A stretch of DNA of 64,000 bases from Nannocystales bacterium (GTDB taxonomy: Bacteria > Myxococcota_A > Polyangia > Nannocystales > Nannocystaceae), in contig JBOEGF010000018.1 in the NCBI GenBank assembly GCA_050633305.1, forward strand, positions 416,001-480,000, in the 5' to 3' direction. The translations under genes and the position numbers were made by a program. Positions 29,899-40,508 of this stretch are shown here, one piece after another. The notes beneath the pieces were generated by a model. That model was not told the DNA's origin and did not search any database. It saw only the letters and a list, made by a program, of their open reading frames with translations. Every line of letters starts with the position of its first letter. The first letter of the stretch is position 1.

Positions 29899-31773
29899 TC
29901 AGCCCTTCTTCTTTTTCTTGCCCTTCTTTTTCTTGCCCTTCTTTTTCTTACCCTTCTTTTTCTTCTTTCCGCCTGCATCAGGCGTGGGCTTGGGCACCGG
30001 GTCGCTGCCGCCTTCGTCGCCGCCACCTTCATCGCCGCCATCGGCGGGCTTGGTGTCGTCAGCGGGCTTGTCGTCAGCGGGCTTGTCGTCAGCGGGCTTG
30101 TCGTCGGCAGGCTTGTCGTCAGCAGGCTTGTCGTCAGCCGGCTTTGCGTCGCCTGCGTCCCCGGCCGTGCCGGAGTTCTTGGGCTTGTCTTTGCCGTCGC
30201 AGTCACCGTCTTTGACGGTGTCCTTCTTGAGGCAGTAGCTGCCCAGGCCGGTCATCTCTTCGTCCTTGCTCGAGAAGCGTGGGCCACCGTTGAAGGTGAC
30301 GGAACACTTCTTGGGGGACTCAGGGAGTGACTCGGAGAGGAACACCGAGCCGGTGACGCGGGTGGTCTCGCCGGGCTCGAGGTAGTAGAGGTCCGTGCCG
30401 AAAAGGTACGCGGTCTCTACACGCTCGGTCTTTCCGACCGTGCAGGTGACCTTGGCCTTGACACCGGACTTCTGGTCGACGGTCTTGAGCGCTTGGACAT
30501 CGGCCACGAGCTTGACGTGGAACTTGTCGCCCTTGCCACCGTAAGGCTCCTCAGCCTTGATGGAGACGTTGGCGACGGCCAAGGACTCTTCGTCGATGGG
30601 AGCCGGATCCGGTGCTGCAGGAGCGTCGGGGTCGCAGCGTCCATCGGATGTCTTGTCGCCGTCGTAGCAGACTTCCTTGAGCACGGTCTCTTCGTACTCG
30701 CCGAAGCTGCCGGCCTTCTGCTTCCAGACCGACACTTTCATGTCGCACTTGCTCGGAGAGTCCGCGAAGCCGAACGAGGGGTTGAAGAACAACCGTGCCT
30801 CGCGGGCGACGGTCTCACCCGACTCGAACTTGAACGGCGCGGCCATCAAGTGAGCCTGCTGAAGGTCGACGAACTTGGTCTCGCCGACGTCGCAGGCCGC
30901 CTTGAAGGTGATGCGGTCGTGGTTGTCCTGCGGCTCGTGAACGAGGATGCGGTAGGGGACCTTGAAGGAGTTGGTCCCGCCGAATCCTGAGTGCTTCTCG
31001 ACCGCGAGCGCAGTGACCTCGAGAGGCTTGTCGCTGCCCGACATGGGCGTGGCGAGGATCTCGGGGTCGCACTTGCCTTCGGTGGTCTTGGTGCCGTCGT
31101 AGCAAGCGTGTCGCAGCTCGATGGCCGTGGTGCTCGAACCGCCGCCGGAGATGCGGAAGTCGAACTGGCAGGGCGACATCGGCTTCTTGAGACCCTGGGT
31201 GAAGATGGAACCCTTGAGCTCCGCTTCTTCGCCCTCTTTGTAGGCCTGCAGCTGCTTGCTGTAGTCGGTGTTGATGTAGCCGATGTCCGAGACGAAGGCG
31301 TCGCCGTCCTTGCACGTGCCCTTGGCACGGATATAGGTGCCGGAGTCGATGGCTTTTTGCAGCTTGCCCTTGGCTTTGATCTCGAGCGAAGCGGGGCTGA
31401 ACGAGTTGCCCTGCGACTTGACCTCGATGTCCGAGAGAAGGATGGGCATGTGGCTTTCGTCCACTTCCTCGACCTTCGTGATCTCGACCAGCGCGGCCTC
31501 TTTGGCTTCGAGCTCGGCCTCAGCCTTGGCTTCCTCGGCGGCCTTGGCTTCAGCTTCGGCTTTCTCCTTGGCTGCGGCGTCGTCCTCTTCTTTCTTTTTC
31601 TTGGCCTCTTCTTCTTCCTTCTTTTTGGCTTCCTCGTCCTCTTTGGACTTGTCAGCCTCCTTCGTCTCTTCTTCCCCGCCGGTCAGCTTGTCGCATCCCG
31701 TAGCGAGGGGAGCGAGGGAGAGGAGAAGAACGAGGCCGTAGTGCAGTCGGTGGCTCTCTCGTATTGCGGCCAT
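29899..31773 (-). CDS. Lipoprotein with charged stalk, three tandem 4-Cys domains, PADDK repeats and poly-Lys tail
   Basis: Lipobox LATGC. The three units end CYDG.KT..G.CDP / CLKK.T...G.CDG. Confidence 0.8.
   Translation of the reverse strand: MAAIRESHRLHYGLVLLLSLAPLATGCDKLTGGEEETKEADKSKEDEEAKKKEEEEAKKKKEEDDAAAKEKAEAEAKAAEEAKAEAELEAKEAALVEITKVEEVDESHMPILLSDIEVKSQGNSFSPASLEIKAKGKLQKAIDSGTYIRAKGTCKDGDAFVSDIGYINTDYSKQLQAYKEGEEAELKGSIFTQGLKKPMSPCQFDFRISGGGSSTTAIELRHACYDGTKTTEGKCDPEILATPMSGSDKPLEVTALAVEKHSGFGGTNSFKVPYRILVHEPQDNHDRITFKAACDVGETKFVDLQQAHLMAAPFKFESGETVAREARLFFNPSFGFADSPSKCDMKVSVWKQKAGSFGEYEETVLKEVCYDGDKTSDGRCDPDAPAAPDPAPIDEESLAVANVSIKAEEPYGGKGDKFHVKLVADVQALKTVDQKSGVKAKVTCTVGKTERVETAYLFGTDLYYLEPGETTRVTGSVFLSESLPESPKKCSVTFNGGPRFSSKDEEMTGLGSYCLKKDTVKDGDCDGKDKPKNSGTAGDAGDAKPADDKPADDKPADDKPADDKPADDKPADDTKPADGGDEGGGDEGGSDPVPKPTPDAGGKKKKKGKKKKGKKKKGKKKKKG
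30053..30143 (-). repeat. Coding 15-nt tandem repeat (KPADD)x6
   Basis: gcgggcttgtcgtca-type units repeated on the plus strand. Confidence 0.9.
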
Positions 31774-31916
31774 ATCGGGACTTTCACCGATACGACGCAC
31801 CGCGTCCATGTCGGTTGCTGCAACCTTGCTCTTTAAAACCCAACCATGGTCGAACCAGGACATCTGTCCGCGGGGAGCAGGGTGGAATGGCAGCTTTTCG
31901 GCCCGTGGGCCTTGGC

Positions 31917-33344
31917 TCATTCCTGCCGGAGATCTTCTAGGCGACCCAAGGAGACCGCATCAGGCAGTCCACTGGTGTAGGTCGCGACAACCCAGGCCTC
32001 CGAGCGAACCCCGCGGGAGATCCGGAACTCGTCCATGAGCCCGTCGTAGAAACGGACCGACGGCGCTTCGCCGGGAAGAGAGCCGATCGAGCCGGCCTGC
32101 GCCGCATCCGAGAGGACCGTGCCATTCACAGGGGTCTGGCTCGACTCCAGCGGCTGCCCATTGACCCAAAACCCAATGGTGTCGTCCGCCGCGATCGTCA
32201 CGACGAGGTGGACCCATTCGCTCACGTCGAACTCCGCGCTGATGCCCCGGCCTTCGGCGGACTCATAGCCGATGTCGACCTGAATCCGCCCCATCGGCAG
32301 GGTGTGGCTCAGGAGGATGGCCCAGCCCATGGTTGCCACCATGGAGTCGCTCTTGTCGAAGATGCGCTTGTACGTGGTGCCGTCGGCGAGTTCGGGGCGG
32401 AGCCAAACCTCGGCGGTCAAGCCGTCGGTCCGAAGATCCGCGAGGGAGTCGGTGGCGGGAACCTCGAGCTGGTCGTCGACGCCGTCGAACCGGGTGGCAG
32501 AGTCGAACCATCCTTGCTCAGCGACGACGCCATTGGGCACCGCGTCGTTGTTGAGCGTGCTGGCATCGGAGCCGTCGGTGAGGTGCCAGATGGCGACGAA
32601 GCTGTCATCCCAGACGCTACCGGGGTCTCGGCCCACCGGTCCGGACGCATTGCCGCCGTACGCCCACACCACGGTGTCGCTGTTGGGGGTGATGTCGACG
32701 CCGAGCCAGACGAGCGTTCCATCTCGCTCCCAGGGGATGAGGACGCCAGCATCGTCGACGAAAACCAGGCTGTCGTCGTCCCGAAGCGTGGGGTCGATGC
32801 TCGCCGAGACCGGGAGTGCGGCGACCGGAGCACCCAGAGGCATGCCGCGCAGCGTGACAGATTGGCGAAGGGTCCATCCGCAGTCCCACCAGTCGCGCGG
32901 GCACGTGCTCCCGGTCGAGGACCCTTCGGCCGCAGGGGGCCCGGTCGTTTCGTCGCTGCCTGAGCCGACGCTGCCCGCCTCGCTCGATGCGCTGCCGGAG
33001 CTCGCCAAACTCGTGGCGAGGCTGGTCGACGTCGTGGGTCCAGCCTGGGACGTCGTGCCAGTGCTTGTCCCGTCCTCCAGCGGTTCCACGCAGACTCCCC
33101 CGAGGTTCTGCCCGGAATGCTCTCCATAGCGCCGTCCGGACGGGCAATCGTCGTCTGGAAAACTACAGAACCCTGACGGCTCGCACGAGCCTCCCACCCG
33201 AGCTCCGGCGCAGCCGGAGTCGTCCTGACATCCGAAGACGCTCGGCGAGCACGCGCAGCAGCTTGCCACTGCCATGAGCATCTGTACGCCAACGGCTCCG
33301 CTGCCCAAGACCGCTCGGACCTCGCCGCCACGCGCGTCATGCAT
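31917..33344 (-). CDS. Secreted DUF2341-like + LamG/concanavalin domain protein
   Basis: Cys-rich N-terminus, S/T linker, 'WWDC.W..R', 'VWD..F.AIWHL', FDGVDD, WVHLV, MDEFRIS. Start uncertain (33344 or 33281). Confidence 0.75.
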   Translation of the reverse strand: MHDARGGEVRAVLGSGAVGVQMLMAVASCCACSPSVFGCQDDSGCAGARVGGSCEPSGFCSFPDDDCPSGRRYGEHSGQNLGGVCVEPLEDGTSTGTTSQAGPTTSTSLATSLASSGSASSEAGSVGSGSDETTGPPAAEGSSTGSTCPRDWWDCGWTLRQSVTLRGMPLGAPVAALPVSASIDPTLRDDDSLVFVDDAGVLIPWERDGTLVWLGVDITPNSDTVVWAYGGNASGPVGRDPGSVWDDSFVAIWHLTDGSDASTLNNDAVPNGVVAEQGWFDSATRFDGVDDQLEVPATDSLADLRTDGLTAEVWLRPELADGTTYKRIFDKSDSMVATMGWAILLSHTLPMGRIQVDIGYESAEGRGISAEFDVSEWVHLVVTIAADDTIGFWVNGQPLESSQTPVNGTVLSDAAQAGSIGSLPGEAPSVRFYDGLMDEFRISRGVRSEAWVVATYTSGLPDAVSLGRLEDLRQE

Positions 33345-33385
33345 GTCATGCACGTTCCGCCCGAGTGTATCGGATAGGGCGGTGC

Positions 33386-33757
33386 TCAGTAGCCCCGAAT
33401 CTTGCGGAGGTCGCGAAGGTCGCGCTTGCTTGGGCGACCGGTGCCGCGGTCGCGGTAGACCATGGGGTCCACGAGTTCCCGAGGTGGGGGCGGCGGTGTG
33501 TTGTCCACGTACAGTTTCTGAGCTTCGGAGGCTGGCCCGCGGCGATCCCCGAGGGCTACGATCTCCAGGATGCGTAGACCGCCCGGCGTCCGAACCTCGA
33601 CGTGAGCGCCAACGCGCACGGTTTTGGATGCCTTCACCGAGTTGCCGTCGACCTTGACGTGGCCAGCCGTACAGGCCTTGCCCGCCATCGAGCGCGTCTT
33701 GAAACAACGTGCGGCCCAGAGCCACTTGTCGATGCGGACTTCGCTGAGTTCGGTCAT
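33386..33757 (-). CDS. hslR: Ribosome-associated heat shock protein Hsp15 (S4 domain)
   Basis: RIDKWLWAAR.FKTRS, RRGPASEAQ.LY, GRPSKRD.R; ATGA overlap with the RND stop. Confidence 0.92.
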   Translation of the reverse strand: MTELSEVRIDKWLWAARCFKTRSMAGKACTAGHVKVDGNSVKASKTVRVGAHVEVRTPGGLRILEIVALGDRRGPASEAQKLYVDNTPPPPPRELVDPMVYRDRGTGRPSKRDLRDLRKIRGY

Positions 33758-36700
33758 GAGCGCTTTCCGAAGGCGTGTCCCCAAGCCCGACCTGCGGACT
33801 TCGAGACCCCCTCCAGAAGTGTATACGACGCCGGCAAGAAGACCAGCGTCATCACGGTGCTGGTGAGCAGACCGCCCGCGATGACAACCGCGATCGCGTG
33901 ATAGTAGACGCCCGCCAGGGTGGGGTGGTGGAGCAGCATGGGCAGCAAGCCCAGGACGGTGGTGGTCATCGTCATGAGGATCGGGCGAAGCCGGTCCTCG
34001 CCCGCGACGCGCAAAGCCTGCTCGCGCGGCATCCCTTGAGCGCGCAACTGCGTGACGCGGTCGACAAGCATGATGCCGTTGTTCACGACCACCCCGATCA
34101 AGATGAAGAAGCCGACGATGGCGGTGGTGTCGAGCGTCGTGTCGGTGAGCCACAGGGCCCAAGGCGCGCCGAAACACCCCAGCAAACACGTCAGCAGGAT
34201 GCCCAGGGGCTGGAGGTAGCTCTCGAAGAGCGAGGCCATTACCGCGTAGACGAGCAGAAGGCACAGGCCGAGGTTGACCAGCATTTCGTTGCCAACCTCC
34301 TCTTCCTGGCGCCACGAGGTCCCGCGACCCCAGCTGTAGCCCGGCGGAAACTGGTAGTCCTCGAGCGCGGCCGAGATGGCCTTGAAGTTGGCCTCCGGAT
34401 CCGCCTTCATGAAGCGGACCTTCACCTTCGCTTCCGTCTGCCGATCCACGCGCTGAATCCAGTACGGACGGCGAGCGATCTCGATGTCCGCCACGGAAGA
34501 AAGCGTGATCTCATCGCCCGTGGAGGTCTGTAGTTTGAGGTCGCGGAGCATGGCTACACCTGCGCTGCCTTCCTCGGGAATGTCCGCACTCAGCCGCAGC
34601 TCGAGGTCGCCGCGCTCACCCCGTGTCGTGCCAAGAGGGAGGCCCTGAAATGCCAGCGAAACCCGTTCCGCGACCTCCGACGGTGTGAGTCCCACTCGGC
34701 GCAGACGGTCGTCGCGTAGCTGAACGTGCAGCTCCCGGGCGCCTTCGTCGAACGGGGTGATGATGTTGTCGAACCCCCCGTCGTCGGGGCGCGCGCGGTC
34801 TCCTTGGGGAAGTCGCTGGGACAGGTGCGCGGCCACGTCCTCGCTCAGCGCGATGAGAGCCCCCATGTCCTCGCCTTTGAGCGCGAACTCGACCACGTGC
34901 TTGTCCCGGTTACGGCGCCAGTCGAAGTCGCGCTCCGCCACCCGATAGGTGACGCCGACCTGCGGTGGAAGAGCGCGGCTGAGCTGGGCTTTGAAGGCGT
35001 TTGTCTCGGTCTCGCTCTGAAATGTGACCGCCGGATAGACGCGGCAGTTGCCCCAGTGGTCCGAGAAACTGCAGGACACCGCTTCGATCCCGAGGTCTTC
35101 CTTGTTCTTGAGGAGTTCATCCTCGAGCACTTGGACGTGCCCCTCGATCTTCTCGTAGCCCTTGCTGCCCGCAAACTGCAGGCGGATCGGTAGGTTGTCC
35201 GACTCAAACTCCGCTTCGCCGAGTTCCAGCTCCATCACCGACAGCGGGATGTAGGCCGAGCCTGCCATGGCGAGGCCCACAAGCAGCGTGAGTCGCGGGA
35301 CCTTGAGCGTGAGAGTGACAAACGCGGCGTACGCGGCCGAGAGACGGCGGAGGACCGGGTGATTGAGCGTCTTCGCGCGGGGTTTGAGGACACGCCCCAT
35401 CAGCAGCGGGATCGCGGTTTGGGAGACCGCGAGGCTCGCGATGAGGCCGATGGCAAATGTGATGCCCAGCGGCCGCAGGTAGATCAGCATGTCGTCGTGG
35501 CTCTCGGTCGCCACGAGCGGGATGAACACGATGATCGTCGAGAGTGTGGACGCGATGGTCGCGAAGCCGACCTCGCGGGATCCGAGGCGGGCGGCCGCAA
35601 GCGGTGCGTGCCCACGTTGCGCCTGCAGGGTGATGGCCTCGACGATGACGACGGCGTTGTCGACCAGCATGCCCACCCCGAGCACGAGACCGAGCAAGAC
35701 GATGCAGTTGAGCTCGTCTCCGCGCAGGAACAGGATGCCGCCGGCTACCACGACACTCATCGGGATCGAGACGGAAGCGGCGAGCGTCGTGGTTCCGCGG
35801 TGGAGGAACAAGAAGAGGATGACCAACCCGAGCAGACCCCCGTAGATGCCCGTGTTCCTCAGGTCTCCCAACGTCTTGAGAATCGTCTCGCCTTGGTCTT
35901 CGATGACCAGCAGGTCGATGCCGTCCAGCGCCGGGTCTCGGTCAAGCTCGACCATCACGGCCCGGATCCGCTCGCTGACCTCGACCGCCGATGCGCCCGC
36001 TTGCGCGAAGACCTCGACATTGATCGCGCGTCTTCCGTTGAGCCTTCGCGCTCGGCGTTCCTTCTTCGCGTGGGCGGTGATGTTCGCCACCTCTCCCAAG
36101 GGGGCGAAACGGTCGGCACCGTCGGCAGGGGCGGCGACGCCCGTCTCGGAGATGGTGCGCGGCTCGGCGGCACGGCGCGGCAGGGGAATCTTCGCGAGCC
36201 GCTGTGGCTGTGCCGCGGTGCTCGGGGAGCGAAGGCCGGCGACCTGTTGGCCGTCGCGCAGCATCCCCAGGCTCCGACCGGTTCGAGCGTCGCGCACGGC
36301 CTGAGAGAGGTCGGCGAGTTCGACACCGCTGCTTTCGACCGACTCGAGGTTCACCTTCACTTCGAGTTCGTGTGGTGAGACGCCGTCGAGTTCGACGCGC
36401 GCGACACCGGGCACCCGCTCGAGTTTTCGGACGATGCGCTCCTCGATGAGGTAGTAGTCCTCGGAGAGGTCGGTGCCGCTGGAGACCTGCATCTCCATCA
36501 TCGGGTCGTCGAAGTTCGAGTACGCGCCGATGTAGATGTTGTTCACGAACGAAGGCAGCTCGTCGCGAATGCGTTCGATGCGGTCGCGAAGCTCGAGCTT
36601 TCTCGCGTCGATGTCGGTGCCCGGTTCGAAGTCGAGGTTGACCTTGACCCCCCACGATCCACTGCCGACTTGAATGCGTTCGAGGTCACGGACCGTCGCG

Positions 36701-36921
36701 ACCTGCTCCTCGATCGGACGGATGACCTCTCGTTCGAGGACCTCGGGGCTCGTGCGCTCGATCTGGACCCGGACGTAGAGCCGGGGCTTGGTGTCCGAGG
36801 GCAGGAAGGACAGAGGCATCGAGAACAGACCGATGACACCGAGCAGCAGGACTGCGCACAGAGCCATCTCGACCGTGACGGGGCGGTCGAGCGCGAGGTC
36901 GGAGAGGGCCCAGCGCCGCAT
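33754..36921 (-). CDS. RND efflux permease (AcrB/AcrD/AcrF family)
   Basis: GMLVDNAVV, STLSTI.VF.P, GVVVNNGIM, RLRPILMT..TT.LGLLP; about 1055 aa. Confidence 0.93.
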   Translation of the reverse strand: MRRWALSDLALDRPVTVEMALCAVLLLGVIGLFSMPLSFLPSDTKPRLYVRVQIERTSPEVLEREVIRPIEEQVATVRDLERIQVGSGSWGVKVNLDFEPGTDIDARKLELRDRIERIRDELPSFVNNIYIGAYSNFDDPMMEMQVSSGTDLSEDYYLIEERIVRKLERVPGVARVELDGVSPHELEVKVNLESVESSGVELADLSQAVRDARTGRSLGMLRDGQQVAGLRSPSTAAQPQRLAKIPLPRRAAEPRTISETGVAAPADGADRFAPLGEVANITAHAKKERRARRLNGRRAINVEVFAQAGASAVEVSERIRAVMVELDRDPALDGIDLLVIEDQGETILKTLGDLRNTGIYGGLLGLVILFLFLHRGTTTLAASVSIPMSVVVAGGILFLRGDELNCIVLLGLVLGVGMLVDNAVVIVEAITLQAQRGHAPLAAARLGSREVGFATIASTLSTIIVFIPLVATESHDDMLIYLRPLGITFAIGLIASLAVSQTAIPLLMGRVLKPRAKTLNHPVLRRLSAAYAAFVTLTLKVPRLTLLVGLAMAGSAYIPLSVMELELGEAEFESDNLPIRLQFAGSKGYEKIEGHVQVLEDELLKNKEDLGIEAVSCSFSDHWGNCRVYPAVTFQSETETNAFKAQLSRALPPQVGVTYRVAERDFDWRRNRDKHVVEFALKGEDMGALIALSEDVAAHLSQRLPQGDRARPDDGGFDNIITPFDEGARELHVQLRDDRLRRVGLTPSEVAERVSLAFQGLPLGTTRGERGDLELRLSADIPEEGSAGVAMLRDLKLQTSTGDEITLSSVADIEIARRPYWIQRVDRQTEAKVKVRFMKADPEANFKAISAALEDYQFPPGYSWGRGTSWRQEEEVGNEMLVNLGLCLLLVYAVMASLFESYLQPLGILLTCLLGCFGAPWALWLTDTTLDTTAIVGFFILIGVVVNNGIMLVDRVTQLRAQGMPREQALRVAGEDRLRPILMTMTTTVLGLLPMLLHHPTLAGVYYHAIAVVIAGGLLTSTVMTLVFLPASYTLLEGVSKSAGRAWGHAFGKRS

Positions 36922-37067
36922 GGCCGGAGCATAACGTCTGCTGCGGGGCGAATTGGGCGCCGAGAAGACGTGTTCCGTTCGTCGCCCCCGGGGGCCGTCC
37001 ATCGCCTGGAGGCGCCGCTCGTCGGCGGGCCCGAGCCCGACGACACCGACTTCGTCATCGTGTTGGC

Positions 37068-37703
37068 ATGCAGTTGTATTCGTCTGTCCTGGTCGGAGTC
37101 CTGTTTCTCGCCGGCTGTGCTAGTGAGTCCCCGACGACCGGCCAAGGCGGGACTTCGGGAGGGACCGAGGGCCTTGGGACGGACGTCGCTCAGAGCAGCA
37201 GCTCGCCTGGGTCGCAGGAAGACTCATCGCCCAATGGGAGCACGGGGGAGGGCGCGGATGCCTCGTCCGGTTCCGGCGACTCGGGTCTGGAGACCATCGA
37301 ACTCGACCGCGGGTGGGTCGCAGAGTTGGAGGGAGCCTGGCTAGGGCCCGTCGCCGGGACTCCGCTCGGCGACCTTCCGCAGTTCTACTGGGAGTTCGCG
37401 TGGACCGACACGGACGCGCTGGTGGGGGTGGCGGACAGCGGGATGGGATTTCGATTTGAGTTCGAGTTCGCCGAGCACGACGGGCAGTGGACGTTGCTCG
37501 AGACCGGAACGCTGCCCGGAGACATCACGCAGTCCTACGAACTCCATCCTGTGAGCCGGGAAGGCGACCTCGTTCGGTTCGAGGTCCTGGACCAGCCGGG
37601 GTACCTCCAGGTGGACATTCTTCCTGGGGAAGGTCGCTTCGACATGGCGGTGTTCGTCCGAGGCGAGCCGCACGGGACCTTCGACCTCGCGCATCCGGGC
37701 TGA
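37068..37703 (+). CDS. Hypothetical lipoprotein
   Basis: Lipobox FLAGC, S/G/T linker, beta-rich domain. Confidence 0.75.
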   Translation: MQLYSSVLVGVLFLAGCASESPTTGQGGTSGGTEGLGTDVAQSSSSPGSQEDSSPNGSTGEGADASSGSGDSGLETIELDRGWVAELEGAWLGPVAGTPLGDLPQFYWEFAWTDTDALVGVADSGMGFRFEFEFAEHDGQWTLLETGTLPGDITQSYELHPVSREGDLVRFEVLDQPGYLQVDILPGEGRFDMAVFVRGEPHGTFDLAHPG

Positions 37704-37756
37704 GCGAGAACCTCTGTTCGCCGCAGGCGACGTCCTTTCCGCTATCCTTCGGATCG

Positions 37757-39151
37757 ATGGCGGAGATTCTCAGTCCGATCGATCACACCGTCGCGTTCTC
37801 CTACCCCGAGCTGCCGCGGGCCGAGGCGTTCGCCCGCCTCGAAGCCGCACAGAGAGCGCAGCGCGCGTGGATGGAGGTCCCTCTCGAGGACCGTGTCGCG
37901 CTGTGCCTTCGGGTGCTGGATGCCTATCGGTCGCAGCTGGACATGCACGCCGTCGCCATCACCAAAATGATGGGCAAACCGGTCGACCAAGCCCGGGGGG
38001 AGTTCGAGGGTGGCATGGTGGAGCGCACCAAGAGTTTGTGTGCACAGGCTGCTGACGCATTGGCCGACGATGTGCTTCCCGCGCAAGAAGGGTTCCGTCG
38101 ATTTGTAAGGCACGAGCCGGTGGGCGTCGTGCTGAACATCGCAGCGTGGAACTACCCGCTGTTGGTCCCCATCAACGTGATCGTGCCCGCCGTCCTCGCG
38201 GGCAACGCGGTCCTGCTCAAGCACGCTCCGCAGACTGCTCTTGTCGCCACCCAACTCCAGCAGGCCTTTGCCATGGCGGGTGCTCCGGCCGGCCTCGTTC
38301 AGGCCTTCATGGCCTCGCACGAGACCGTCGCCGAGGTGATTCACAGCCGCCGCCTGGGTGCCGTCGCGTTCACCGGTTCGGTGCGGGGTGGGCACGAGGT
38401 CATGCGGACCGTCGCGCAAGAGAACTTCCTCCCCTGCGGGTTCGAACTCGGCGGGAAGGACCCTGCGTTCGTGTTCGAGGATGCCGACCTCGACTTCACG
38501 GTCGGAAATCTCGTGGACGGTGCCTTCTACAACGCGGGGCAGTCGTGCTGCGGGATCGAACGTATCTACGTCCACGCTGCGGTGTACGACGACTTCGTCG
38601 AAGCCTATGCCGCCGCGGTGCGTGGCTATCGATTGGGCAACCCTCTGCATGACGGCGTCACGATGGGGCCGGTCGTCAACGCTGCCGCCGCACAACGGAT
38701 CAAGGCCCACAACGCACAGGCGGTGGCCATGGGGGCTCGGGCACTCGTCCCCGAGGACGCCTTCGATGTCCCGGACCTCTCCCCGTGTTACCTCGCGCCG
38801 CAGGCGTTCGAGCAGGTCACGCATGAGATGGACCTGATGCGCGAAGAGAGCTTCGGTCCCACCGTTGGGATCATGAAAGTCGCTTCCATCGACGAGGCGG
38901 TGGCGTTGATGAACGACTCCGCCTTCGGGCTCACGGCCTCGCTTTGGAGCACCGACGATGCCCGCGCCGAGTCAGTCGCGCGCCGAGTTCAAGCCGGGAC
39001 CGTCTTCCTCAACCGATGCGACTACCTCGATCCACAGATGCCGTGGACAGGCGTTAAAGACTCCGGTGTCGGGTGCTCTCTGGGCCGCTATGGGTTCGGT
39101 CAGGTCACCCGTCTCAAGAGCTACCACCTGCGAACCGCAATCCCGAAGTGA
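37757..39151 (+). CDS. Aldehyde dehydrogenase
   Basis: AWNYP, FTGS, FELGGKDP, NAGQSC, EESFGP. Confidence 0.95.
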   Translation: MAEILSPIDHTVAFSYPELPRAEAFARLEAAQRAQRAWMEVPLEDRVALCLRVLDAYRSQLDMHAVAITKMMGKPVDQARGEFEGGMVERTKSLCAQAADALADDVLPAQEGFRRFVRHEPVGVVLNIAAWNYPLLVPINVIVPAVLAGNAVLLKHAPQTALVATQLQQAFAMAGAPAGLVQAFMASHETVAEVIHSRRLGAVAFTGSVRGGHEVMRTVAQENFLPCGFELGGKDPAFVFEDADLDFTVGNLVDGAFYNAGQSCCGIERIYVHAAVYDDFVEAYAAAVRGYRLGNPLHDGVTMGPVVNAAAAQRIKAHNAQAVAMGARALVPEDAFDVPDLSPCYLAPQAFEQVTHEMDLMREESFGPTVGIMKVASIDEAVALMNDSAFGLTASLWSTDDARAESVARRVQAGTVFLNRCDYLDPQMPWTGVKDSGVGCSLGRYGFGQVTRLKSYHLRTAIPK

Positions 39152-39155
39152 CACG

Positions 39156-40508
39156 ATGACTCCCACCGACGTTCCCTCGCTCGTTGCCTTCCTCGACCAA
39201 CACGGGATCACCCGGCACAAGATCGGTGTCTTCGACATCGATGGCGTCCTGCGCGGCAAGTACATGAGCCGCGAGAAGTTCCTTTCTGCGGCGGAGAAAG
39301 GTCTGGGGTTCTGCGACGTCGTCTTGGGATGGGACGTCGCCGACCAACTCTACGACAACGCTACCGTCTCGGGGTGGCACACCGGGTATCGGGATGCGCC
39401 GGTGGTGCTCGACCTCTCGACGACCCGCCTGCTGCCGTTCGAGCCGAACACCGTCTTCGTGCTCGGCGGTTTCTCGGGCGCCTACGAGCCGGTCTGCCCC
39501 CGCGCAGTGTTGCGACGGACATTGGAGCGTGCCGCTTCGATGGGGTTCGAGGTGAAGGCCGCCTGCGAGTACGAGTTCTTTGTGTTTGATGAGACCCCGG
39601 ACTCCGCGCGTGAGAAGGGCTATCGAGGACTCAAGCCGTTTACGCCCGGAATGTTCGGCTACTCGACGATCCGCAACAGCGTGCACTTCGAGCTGTACCA
39701 CCAGCTGCTCGATGAAATGGAGGCGTTGGGCATCAGCATCGAGGGGCTGCACACGGAGACTGGCCCCGGGGTGCTCGAGGCCGCGCTTACCGTAGACGAG
39801 GCAGGCCTGGCTGCCGACAAGGCGGCGCTGTTCAAGACCTTCACGAAGGTGTTGTTGCAGCGTCGTGGCTTGATGGGGACGTTCATGGCCAAGTGGAGCA
39901 ACGACTACCCGGGCCAGTCGGGGCACATGCACGTCTCGTTGGAGCGAGCGGGGACCAACGTCTTCCACGACCCCAACGACGGCGAGGGGCTCAGCACGAC
40001 GATGCGTCAGTTCCTCGCCGGGCAGGTTCGGTACATGCCCCAGGTTTTGCCGATGGTCTGCTCTACGATCAACGCGTTCCGACGTCTCGTGCCTGGGATG
40101 TGGGCGCCCATCTCGGCCAGCTGGGGGATCGAGAACCGAACCACCGCGATCCGGGCGATTCCTGGCGGCGTCAAGGGTACACGAAGCGAGTACCGCCTGG
40201 GGCCCGCCGACGCCAACCCCTACTTGGGTCTTGCCGCCGCGATCGCCACTGGTCTGAGGGGCATCGAGGAGGAACTCATCCCCAGCGAGCCCGTCAAGGG
40301 GAACGCCTACGAAGATCCCGGCGATGCCGAACCCCTGCCTCGTTCGCTCGCGGCTGCGACCGAGGTTTTTTCGCGCAGCGCTGCTGCCCGCGAGTTGTTC
40401 GGGGACACGTTCGTCGAGCACTACGCAGCGACCCGAAACTGGGAGGTTCGCGAGCACCAAAAACATGTCGCGGATTGGGATCTGCAGCGCTACTTCGAGA
40501 TCATCTAG
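39156..40508 (+). CDS. Glutamine synthetase-like protein (probable gamma-glutamyl-amine ligase)
   Basis: DIDGVLRGK, EYEF, HTETGPG..E, FMAK...GQSGHMH, WGIENRT, E.R...ADANPY. Confidence 0.9.
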   Translation: MTPTDVPSLVAFLDQHGITRHKIGVFDIDGVLRGKYMSREKFLSAAEKGLGFCDVVLGWDVADQLYDNATVSGWHTGYRDAPVVLDLSTTRLLPFEPNTVFVLGGFSGAYEPVCPRAVLRRTLERAASMGFEVKAACEYEFFVFDETPDSAREKGYRGLKPFTPGMFGYSTIRNSVHFELYHQLLDEMEALGISIEGLHTETGPGVLEAALTVDEAGLAADKAALFKTFTKVLLQRRGLMGTFMAKWSNDYPGQSGHMHVSLERAGTNVFHDPNDGEGLSTTMRQFLAGQVRYMPQVLPMVCSTINAFRRLVPGMWAPISASWGIENRTTAIRAIPGGVKGTRSEYRLGPADANPYLGLAAAIATGLRGIEEELIPSEPVKGNAYEDPGDAEPLPRSLAAATEVFSRSAAARELFGDTFVEHYAATRNWEVREHQKHVADWDLQRYFEII

